Shown here: positions 13,311 through 23,518 of the stretch, piece by piece
How positions within the stretch are numbered: position 1 is the first letter of the stretch
Layout of the letters: each line of letters opens with the position of its first letter
From: Zancudomyces culisetae HAW-14-8
Taxonomy: Eukaryota > Fungi > Kickxellomycota
Direction of reading: 5' to 3'
Length of the DNA: 64,000 bases
Assembly (NCBI GenBank): GCA_052426225.1
Contig: JBNJNM010000007.1
Span: forward strand, 1 to 64,000
Position numbers and translations under genes: made by a program
Notes under the pieces: model-generated
What the model saw: the letters and a program-made list of their open reading frames with translations, nothing else
Database searches by the model: none
What the model was told of the DNA's origin: nothing

Positions 13311-14360
13311 CTTATAAACATTAAAAGTAAAGAACTCTATACAAACTTCACTTTAGATTAAAAATCATTGCTTCTATTACTTCACTTGCTGATACAATTA
13401 CAAATTTGATGCTGACCTCCTCAATATCTTTTATATTTATCTTCAAATTTTTAAGATTAATTTCAACTGAAGAAAACTAAATAATCAGAAAATTGCTGAA
13501 GCTAACAAGGCTATAAAGAAACTAGAACTAGAACAAAACTCGATGATAGTGGATACACAAGATAGTTTAAAAGGACAAAGATATGTATATTATGGCAACA
13601 AATTGTGTCGAAACCATCAACCAATATAACCAAAATATCACTAATATACTACAGTAGAAAAAACAATCTAGGAAAGAAAAAAACTACAAATCCAACAAAA
13701 GACATTCAATTAACAATAAATAAAGAGTAATTAACAACACAAATCTATACAAAAGTTTACATGGCGCTAAAGAAGAAACCACAACAAAATATTCAAAAAA
13801 AAAGTAAAACACAGTTTTTACTTCAATATCATTACCATCAACAATTACTAAGTAACTTTACCAAAAATACAACAAAGTCAACTAAAAATTATTCAGCTAT
13901 ATTTACTTTTGTTCACAACATGACTTCAAATCTGATAGTAAACTACTTATATTAAACAATTGCTATAAACACATACCTCAATTACTCAACAATGAACTAC
14001 ATAACATTGACCTTTCTTTTTATAATACCACTCAACTGTTTATAAAATAATATATATATTCTAACAACGTTGATGACAAATTATTAATAAATTATACTTA
14101 AATGCTGGAGTAAAATTTAATATATGCTAACACTCCTAAACTCACAGAGAAAACTAAATATTATACCTAAAGTTATCAATGATATCAACCATGACGAAAG
14201 TATTAACTTAATAAATTCAATAATCACATAGGCCCTGTAATCATGGATACAATATATTATCATAAACAAGTATTGAAAATATTAAACAACACTAACAATA
14301 ATGTACAACTTCGTGATAACTCAGATGACATCAATGATCAAGTATTTAATAATACATATA

Positions 14361-15925
14361 CAGTGAGTTTCAAAAATGTCTCAAAATATTGAAAATAATT
14401 TTCAAAGTGTAATATCTCGCTCATTAATATCCAGAAATTATATGTTTTTTATATTATAAAATGCACAAATGTTATATGTTAATTTTATATAAACTGTAAA
14501 TTAATTGGATAAAAATTCATTATGAAATTTTAAATTATAAAAATTTTAAATATGAGACAATTTTGGGAATTTTTCAAAAAAAAAATTTAAACTATCATAA
14601 CTTTATGAATTCAAACTTATAAATTTTTAAACTTTTACATATAATAATATATATAATTGTTATACTAATCACAATAATAATTTTTTAAAAAATGATATCT
14701 GAACAACGTAAACTGGATATTAAAAACGCGTTACTTGAAGGCAGAAGCATTGACCAAATCATTATAGAAATGGAGTTAGTAAAGCAACAATATACAGAAT
14801 TAAAGCAGCAATGTATATCAATTTACCGGCTAATAAACGCGATCGTCCTGCGAAGCTTTCACCCCAAAGCAAGCGAATATGTACTAGGATGATATTATCT
14901 GGAATGTATCGAACTGCTACTTCGATACAAAAGACGTTAGAAATGGATAATGTTGTAAGTGCTAGTAAGTCTACAATATATAGGGCTTTTAATGATCTAA
15001 AAGCCGTTGCAAAAAAGAAGGCATCCAAACCGAAACTGAGCCTTAAAAATATTGCAAAAAGGTTGAGATTCGCAAAATCTCATCGCCACTGGACTACTGA
15101 TGATTGGAGACGAGTAATTTGGTCCGACGAAACTAAAATCAACCGATTTGGATCTGATGGAAATGAATGGACTTGGGTTCGTGATGGTGTGAGTCTACAG
15201 CCGCACAATATTAACCAGACCGTAAAACACGGTGGAGGATCATTAATGATTTGGGGATGCATCACAGCATCTGGAACTGGCTACATGTGCCGAATAGAAG
15301 GAATGTTAAACAAGGAAGGTTATTTAAACATTTAAAAAGACGAGCTTAGCAATACAATAAAGTACTACAAGTTGGATCCCAAGTCAATAATATTTCAACA
15401 TGACAATGATCCTAAAAATACCTCAAAGTTAGTTACCAGCTGGCTTGAAAACCAGGAATATAATACATTGGACTGGCCACCACAATCTCCAGACTTAAAC
15501 CCAATCGAAACTATATGGGCAATCATCAAAAGACGCCTAAATAGATACAGTAAACCTCCGTCCGGGATGATCGAATTATGGGAGCGAATAGAAACGGAAT
15601 GGAATTTAATTTCAGTGGAAACAATACTTGGTCGTATAGATAGTATGCCCAAAAGAGTTGAGGCAGTTATCAAGTCTAAAGGAAGGTGGACAGAATTTTA
15701 AAGTTTTTTTTTGAAAAATTCCCAAAATTGTCTCATTTTTAAAATTTTTTCAGTTTATAATTTTATAATGAATTTTTAACCATAATAATACTAATTATAT
15801 AAAATTAAATTATACCAATTGTGCATTATATTATATAAAATTATCTAATTTCTGGATTTTATTGAGCGAGATATTACACTTATAAAATTATTATCATTAT
15901 TTTGAGACATTTTTGAAACTCACTG
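14361..15925 (+). mobile_element. Tc1/mariner DNA transposon (DD34E) with long imperfect TIRs
   Basis: TA|CAGTGAGTTTCAAAAATGTCTCAAAATA ... TATTTTGAGACATTTTTGAAACTCACTG|TA; inverted homology extends ~230 bp. Confidence 0.97.
14692..15701 (+). pseudogene. Tc1 transposase with one frameshift (~14770) and one premature stop (15333-15335)
   Basis: WSDETK, VKHGGGSLMIWGC, FQHDNDPK, WPPQSPDLNPIE; 34 residues between the second D and E. Confidence 0.95.
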
Positions 15926-17088
15926 TATACTATAGCTATTAGTATAAAATTCCTGTACCCGGTACCAGGAATTAAAACTATAAATACCGACTCGATCCAT
16001 CATCCTGATGGAAGTTCGAGTGAAATATTACTTATTCCTTAATTCCTAATATTTATTATTCCTTAAAATTAACTATTTAAAAAAATACTTAAATAAAAAG
16101 CATCTCAACCTCAAGGATAAGTAATAATTCACCCCAACCTTGGATACTTGGATATACCGTTCCTAACATATAGGGTCTAGGAGGGATCACTGCCACTATA
16201 TAACAATAGCACTTTGTATTTTTTAACTTAGCGATTAAACTAAAATCCACTAGTCATGTTTCTGGGTCTGAACCCACCGACAGTTAAATATTTTGGGTTT
16301 TAATATTCTCAATTTTTATTATGTTTCTACGTAGTTTTTGTTTTATTATATTCTATTATTTTAATTAACAGTTAATTGCTTGAAACCTGTAGTATTCAGT
16401 CAATGCGTTATAAGTCTTCCATTTAATAAATTTGTGAATAGATATATTTCAATATCCTGTCGCTGACTTTCTGCTAATAATAACTTATTTTTGGTTCCAA
16501 TGCTGTGATTTACCAGGATTACCAATTTAGAGTAATCGGATACGATTTCTTTTCTGATATTTTAAATGTTATTAATATTATATTTTTTTGTCTTTATTTA
16601 TTTTCTTTTTTAAAATTTTTGAAAGGTACAAACATATAATATTGTTTTAAATAACATTTTATTAGCTGCAAACCGTAATAATAAAGTTGGTGATTTTATC
16701 ACTTATTACTAATATATATATTAAATATAGTTTGTTGATTTTACTTTGAATAAAATATAAATACTTTTAAAACGTTTTAAAAACTACTTTTAGGTCAATG
16801 ATTCTATGATTTTGATTTAAATTCTAGTACTCAATATTTTTAATAAATACTTATTAACAAAAATACATAATATCTTCAGTCGTGTACACATTTTACAACA
16901 ATCAGTGATTCTTTTGCGCTTTTATTAGTTTATAAGAAGAAAAGAATAAAAAGTTTAACATATAGTATCTGTGAAATAAAATTCAAGTTTCAGATACACA
17001 ACAAGTATATTCGGAATAGTGATACGGCTAGTTATATAATATTTAGCATTTAAATAAGTACAAATACTATTAAAATCTGAGATTCAAC

Positions 17089-17331
17089 ATGTCAGGCTTC
17101 ATACGTAAACTCAGAACATCATTGATTCAGAATGCTAGAACTGAGGGCCGATACATATCGGATAGTGAACGTTTGGGGGCAACTTCTTTGGAAGTTGATC
17201 CTCAAGAAACACACGTCCCCTTTGCGGATATAATGGAAAATGCATCTTTACAAATGAAGAATCCAACTAGTGATGAGGTATCACTCAAAATCAATCGACA
17301 GTGTAACTCTATTTTTTTTGCTTCAACATAG
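17089..17331 (+). CDS. Family A small protein, copy A1 (80 aa, unknown function)
   Basis: Paralogous to 29878-30102 and 21405-21627 (MSG..R.LR, EGRY.SDS.R..ATS.E, M(K/R)NPT) with many synonymous differences. Confidence 0.75.
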   Translation: MSGFIRKLRTSLIQNARTEGRYISDSERLGATSLEVDPQETHVPFADIMENASLQMKNPTSDEVSLKINRQCNSIFFAST

Positions 17332-17680
17332 AAATAATATATTCAGAATTATATTTAAATTTATTTAGTAAATTTTTGTTTAGTAGAGTATTTTAGAAGT
17401 ATCATTATAATACTTTTTTCAACTAAATTACTTGTGGTTTTTAACTATATTATAGCTTACGACAATATTTATTAATTTACACTATCGTTGAAAATGGTAT
17501 ATATGATTATGCTACTTTTACATATAACATTTTTTGACTAATTTTCACTCTAGTTAATTCAAAGAATCATTTAATCATTTCTATTTTATTCCTTTTTAGT
17601 AACCAACTTTCTAGTATATTATAGTGATACTCAATTTTACCAATAAAATGGAGTGTATTGGAAAACACTAACTAAAAAGT

Positions 17681-17755
17681 GGTGTAGAATAGTGGATTGT
17701 GGAATCTATTTATCATTCGAAACTCATTATCGATATTTGTTTAGTGGAGGATTTA
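17681..17755 (+). mobile_element. Possible chromodomain relic of another LTR element
   Basis: GVE*WIVESIYHSK followed by a frameshifted YL..WR-like stretch. Confidence 0.3.
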
Positions 17756-18998
17756 GGTTAATAATTATCATTTTTCTTGTAAAGCTTATATTTTTTGGCT
17801 TTACATAAACAGTTAATGATTTAATAAAAGCTTTGGAAGTTTATAAACCACTATTTAATACTAAACTATTATATTTGCTCTACTAATACTATAGACAAAT
17901 TATAACAATAGCCCTACCGCTATAAACAGTTTATTGACCACTCCTGGAAATAAATTATTGTTAATTTATTTGTTTACTTTTTGTATCTAGAAGATTAGCG
18001 TTGTCGAGTATTATTATACTATTTTGTTTAGACCATGAAAAACCATTATATCTAGAGTCTTCAATTATTACTTTGAGCGTATTTTGCATAATGTTACAAT
18101 GCAAAGTACAGTACACTATTTACTAAACACTATCAAATAATATCTATTTAAGCACATGTACTTATTATATTAATATTTTCAGTAACAAAAGTTGGTATCA
18201 ACTTTAAACCACTTGAATTTTTAATCTAGAATTTTATACTTTTTTTTAGTCGACTAATAAATTATAATTGACTTTTTTTTGTAAACTTTACCTATACACC
18301 CCAGGAAAATTGCTATTATTACTAACTTGAAAATCCGACTAAAACTTTATGCATTAGCTCTAGAAGTATTGATGTTAATATATATTTACGCTAATAAAAC
18401 TATGAATATGGAGTAAGAGTATTTAATTAACCAGCTTGTCTGGAAAAAATTCCGTATTACCGATAATAATAAGTTTGTTCTCGTATCTGAATATAATTGG
18501 TAGAATTTAATGAACATAAAATGAGTGGTATTTAAACTACTCTGTTATTTGACTACCAAAGATGAAACTTTATAGCTATGTGTGACCATGCTAAAAGTCC
18601 AACTATATATTGTATTTTAGAGTCAGTATTTTTCTAGGATACTACCAATAATAATCAAAACCGCATGCTTGCTAGAGCTTCTAGTACAAAAAAGTAGATC
18701 CAAATTAGCATGAATATATATTTTAAAACGGATACGTTAAGCTAAAACAGCTAATATTAAACATATGAAAGTAAATGTTTCCATTAAAAGCCAGTTTTAT
18801 AATATTAAATGTTTTTAAGGACTGAAAACAATACTGAATTGAAAACTCGACTATGGACACTTACCAATATATTTTAAATTTGAAAATGATTTACATAAGC
18901 ATTGTCCAGAAATAACTGTAGCAAGAAAATAGAAAACAACTAATACTTATTCAATGCACCATTTATAATACTACTTAAGCTTTGACAGCAAAAAATAT

Positions 18999-19008
18999 GT
19001 ATAAATAG
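18999..19008 (+). promoter_or_regulatory. TATA box of B1
   Basis: GTATAAATAG, identical and 110-113 bp upstream of the ATG in all three B genes. Confidence 0.75.
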
Positions 19009-19111
19009 CTTGAAATTTTCACTAAAAAGTAATTCACTAAACTACAAAGTATTGGAACTTTAGCAATATTAAATAAAGAAAGCAAGAATTAGACAAACAA
19101 AAAAAGTAAAA

Positions 19112-19531
19112 ATGGTAAGCAAGATTTTGACAGCCACGCTTTTGATTGCCTCAAAGTTTGCAGCAGGTGTTTACATTTATGACACCCAGATGACTAATAA
19201 TAACGAAAAAGTTGACTACAAACTCAACAACGTCGATTCTAATAGTCAAAATCCCCCACAGCAAAGTTTGGAAATTGAGATGTTTAGTTCAAACTACTTA
19301 AAGGATAAAATTGATACCATAGCAATTCAACCAGGTGCATGTTATGGCTTACCTAATATTAATTCATGCATGCTTGATGGTGGTAAACCTGGTGAGGGAA
19401 CAATCAAGTTCTGCACAGGAAACAACTGTGATGGTAAATGTCACTCTGGATCTAGAAAAACCTGGTTATACCCTCAACACATGCTTAATGATATTGGAGG
19501 AAGTGCAAATTCAGTTATTTGGACCATTTAA
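19112..19531 (+). CDS. Family B small secreted Cys protein, copy B1 (beta/gamma-crystallin-like)
   Basis: Signal-peptide-like N-terminus; CYxLPxINSC..DGG..GEG..NCxG..GGSANSVIW shared with two paralogues. Confidence 0.88.
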   Translation: MVSKILTATLLIASKFAAGVYIYDTQMTNNNEKVDYKLNNVDSNSQNPPQQSLEIEMFSSNYLKDKIDTIAIQPGACYGLPNINSCMLDGGKPGEGTIKFCTGNNCDGKCHSGSRKTWLYPQHMLNDIGGSANSVIWTI

Positions 19532-21255
19532 TCAGTTGATAAAAGCTAGATTCAATTAGTTTGGAGCTGTTTAAACATATTGGAATTTTGTTACTTTTTT
19601 ACTATTTCCTTTTGAATTTATAACATGCTTTGATTATATGGTAATAGAATCATATTATATATAATTGAATTTATTAAAAGATATTGGATTTTACCCTTAA
19701 TATCAGCATTATTTAATTACGCCGTTAAAAAATAAATAAAGAGTTGATTTGAACATCTCAATAGAGGACTACTTATAGGAAAAGGTATAAAATTTTTGAT
19801 AGAATATCAATTGACTCCATTTGATCTTGAGTATTTAAAAGTTATGAGTTTAAATTGAATTGAATATCCGTGTATTCAGTTATTATGAAATTAATTCCTT
19901 ATATCAATTTATTTTTTAGGTATATCCTCTTCTTATTTCTTAATTTGTTACTTCATCTCAACAATTATTTAGGGTTGATCTAAAGTATAGTTTTCATTAA
20001 ACTGATTCTCTTTCAAGATTTTAAGGTTAAAAAAGACAAATTTAAGTAAAGCATATTCTTGTCTGCAGTTATATTAAATACACCTGGAGTTTTGAAAACT
20101 ATTTATTAAATTCTACAATCATCAATGATACTGATATAGGGATAGCTAACATTTATAGTGGTTTACTAATGACTAGATTTAAAGAAAAAATCATTTCGAT
20201 GTAAAGCTATATTATGGTTTTCTATTGGGTATTTTCTCAAAATTTTGGTATAACTAGCATTTTTTTATTTGTTTAAAAAATTAGATTCAATATTGACTCT
20301 AAATTTGTTTTAAAAGGAAGAGGCTATTATGATTGTTGACTATTATATTTAATTTCAACACTTTTGCATACACTCTAGCCCACATAGTAATTTAAATCAA
20401 CTGAAACATACTACTTTGCATTGATGCCATAAACAGTAATGATACCTAATTATATTAAAAGCGTATATTCTCCTCTAGATATTTTTAATGCTATTATAAT
20501 ATCAAGTTAAGCTATATATTTTACTATATAATAAAAGCTAATATTATTTTATTTACGAAATCTAATACATTAACAAGTGATGTTTAATTTTAATAACAAT
20601 ATTTTTATAAACCCAACTATCATACTTGTAAATTCAGAAAATGGATAAATAAACCTAAATATCTGGAAATATAATCTCGGAATGTTATTTTTATCTAATT
20701 TTAAATTTTCTCAAACAAGACCATACCTTTAATTAATTGTAAGTTTATTTCTACCTACCTCTGCCATAAGTAGATTTTATCACATATTTAAAAGCTCTCC
20801 AAATAAAAAATAAGTGATAAATGTTAGTGTGATAGATAAATACTATCAATTAGGTTCTGCTGAGTTGTAGGTTTAGTAGAATGTATTTGAGTTTAGTACC
20901 GGAAATGAAGTAATAATACTAATTATTTTATTATCATTAGAATAACTAAAATAATAAAGGTAACACAAACTATAATACAACAACAACACTATTAAAGCTT
21001 AATACAAATTATTATCACTATTATTTATAAAATTAGAAAAACAGAAAAAAGGTATTAATAATTAATAATCAAATCTTTAGTGTAATTAGAAAAACAAATA
21101 CCAAGATTAAGGTCAATAGAATAAACTAAGTCACAGGTTTGAACACAGTGAAACAAGACTACATCATAAGTATATATATTATAGTTCTGTATTAATTAAA
21201 ATAGTAAAGTTTATATAAAAGGAAAGACTAATAAGAGGATTTCTTAGCACTTTTG

Positions 21256-21300
21256 ATAGTTAAATGTTTCAAGTGTAAGAAAAAAAGAATACATTGGAAC
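21256..21300 (+). mobile_element. Possible gag zinc-knuckle relic
   Basis: IVKCFKCKKKRIH; last Cys missing, no ORF. Confidence 0.25.
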
Positions 21301-21404
21301 TGAAAAATTGAAAATTCATTAGTTTAGTTATAACAAAAAGAAGATGATAGTGCTATGGAAAGTTAAACTTATAAAAATTTAATACATTGAAATCCCAACC
21401 AATC

Positions 21405-21627
21405 ATTCAGGTCGTATGCGCAAACTAAGAACAGTGTGGATACTGCCAATAAAGATGAAGGTCGTTATCCATCATACAGTGATCGCTCTGGAGCCACCAA
21501 TATGGAGGTAAATTTTGGAGAAACACATGACACATTTAAAGATTTTTCTGAAAAAGCTTTTTTGTGAATGAGAAACCCGACTACAGGTGTGTATCATACA
21601 ATACTCGCTCATCATCCTATGAGTTAG
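21405..21627 (+). pseudogene. Family A pseudogene, copy A2
   Basis: SGRMRKLRT, frameshift, then DTANKDEGRYPSYSDRSGATNMEVNFGETHDTFKDFSEKAFL*MRNPT; start ATG lost. Confidence 0.8.
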
Positions 21628-22883
21628 TCAATGCAAAAGCTTCAAATAGTAAATAATATCAAAAAATCTAAATCTAGAACATTAACCACCATGATCTTTA
21701 ATAGCATGTCACAGTTTTAAAGACTATTGATTGTCGCTATAGTATACCATTTATTGGATGCGAGCAATAAGACCACGTTATTTTTTAGCCCATTATAATT
21801 TGATAACTCTTTACCTTTCACCATTTTCCTTCTAGTATGTGATCAGCTAACAATATTTGATTTTAAACTCAGAGTTAATTTAATAATATGATTTACCTAA
21901 AATACTAGAAACTAGTCTAGATACAATAGTATAATTTGAAATACTAAATTCACCTGTAGCTTTGAAAAATCATTTTTTTTATACCAATTATACAGAATAA
22001 TATTTCAGTATCATCCTATACCAATTATTGATATTCATTTATAATAAAGTAGATGTGTGAAAAGAATGAAAGGAATTTTAGTACAAGCAAATACTTTTAT
22101 TTGGTAGCTAGGATAGCTTTTAACTACTTTGTATGACCTAGTTGATTGTACGCATTTTATTATTATTTAAAATTGTATTTTTCTAGTGCTCAGAACAACA
22201 ATTAACATGCATATTAATTTTTTAGTTTGCGGAAATGGATCCACTTTCTTCGTATAGTATACTCATATTTAATATAAAAAATGTTACTCTATAACTCATT
22301 AATCTAAGTTCAATCATTAATACATAACAGCTAGTAAGTACATATATTCCAGTTTTATAAAATTATTTTCTGTTTTGTAAAACTCATTCTGAATAAATTA
22401 TAAAGCATCTAATTAATTAAAAATGTTATAAAATTAAAGAACTATCTAACCCATATGTACTTTCACTTTTAATATAAATAATCTAGATGTTGAAAAATAT
22501 TATCATTAGCTCTGAACTATTTCATAAACCAATAACAACTTGTAACAAGACATATTTTTGTCATCATAAATTAAATTAATATATCAAAATAATGCAAAAC
22601 CAACTTTTTTTTAGGTATATTGAGTCTAGATGTGATCTACACACTAATAAAAATATCAATTATTGAATGTTATGTGTTAATCTAGATAAACCTGCATTTT
22701 CTGTTTTAAATCACTAAAATGTATTGAATACAAATAAGCATTATGTAAACATACTTGAAGATCTCATTACAAAAATCTATGTCAAAGACTACAATGGTCA
22801 CTAATTAATATCATTTTCGATCACTAACATGATATAAACAAAAAGTATTTAAAACATTCATAAGTTAAATAGCAAAAAAAAAA

Positions 22884-22893
22884 GTATAAATAG
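22884..22893 (+). promoter_or_regulatory. TATA box of B2
   Basis: GTATAAATAG 110 bp upstream of the ATG. Confidence 0.75.
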
Positions 22894-22993
22894 CTGCATA
22901 TGCTGTATAAAGTCTTCTATTCTCTAGAAATATTTAGTATTTTACTCTAAATAAAAAAATAGAAGCAGGGATAGACTAAATCAGAAAAGGAAA

Positions 22994-23518
22994 ATGGTAT
23001 TCAAATTTTTGGCAACCGCAGTTTTGATCAGCTCCAAACTTGTAGCTGATGTTAACATTCCAAATTCTCAGTTGGCCAATTATGACGAAGAACATAACAG
23101 CTGCGTTGATGACCGTCATCACAACCACCATCACAACCACCATCACAGTCATCACCATGATCATCACTACGGCCATCACCACGGCCATCACCACAACCAT
23201 CACCACAACCATCACCACAACCATCATTACAACCATCATTACAACCAGAAACATATGCATCTTGAAATGTTTATGTCAAACGACCTCAAAAATTCGGTTG
23301 GAAAAAAAACAATTCATCCTGGTAAGTGCTACACATTACCTAGTATCAATTCATGCAATCACGATGGTGGAAAATTTGGAGAGGGATCAGTAAAGTACTG
23401 CGCTAGCACCAACTGCCAAGGTCAATGCGTCCCCTTTCCAAGAAACAAATTTACAGCAGGTCTGTATTTTCCGTTTAATTTGGGAGGAAGTGCAAATTCA
23501 GTTATTTGGACTATTTAA
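22994..23518 (+). CDS. Family B secreted protein, copy B2, with His-rich linker
   Basis: Signal peptide, (HHHN)-type repeats, conserved C-terminal domain ending GGSANSVIWTI. Confidence 0.9.
   Translation: MVFKFLATAVLISSKLVADVNIPNSQLANYDEEHNSCVDDRHHNHHHNHHHSHHHDHHYGHHHGHHHNHHHNHHHNHHYNHHYNQKHMHLEMFMSNDLKNSVGKKTIHPGKCYTLPSINSCNHDGGKFGEGSVKYCASTNCQGQCVPFPRNKFTAGLYFPFNLGGSANSVIWTI
23117..23245 (+). repeat. 12-bp coding tandem repeat (CACCATCACAAC-like)
   Basis: About 11 degenerate units encoding HH(H/Y)(N/S/D/G). Confidence 0.9.

Larger units (their letters stand above)
1534..14360 (+). mobile_element. Degraded Penelope-like retroelement (PLE) ORF relic in two pieces (1534-1778 and 13311-14360), interrupted by the LTR array
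   Basis: Frame continues across the LTR insertion (..NEKIQL|INIKSKEL..). Motifs in PLE order: FLKESELDNNKISPNTLKF (~1612), LNAGVKF (14098-14118), and, with a 1-bp frameshift, INHDESINLINS[D]NHIGPVIMDTIYYHKQVLKILNNTNNNVQL (14184-14311), resembling the PLE 'DKG' motif. No RT core seen. Confidence 0.55.

Noticed and set aside
22976-23393. Alternative-frame ORFs rich in V/M or T/I
   Set aside because: Other frames of the His repeat; only the B2 frame has paralogue support.
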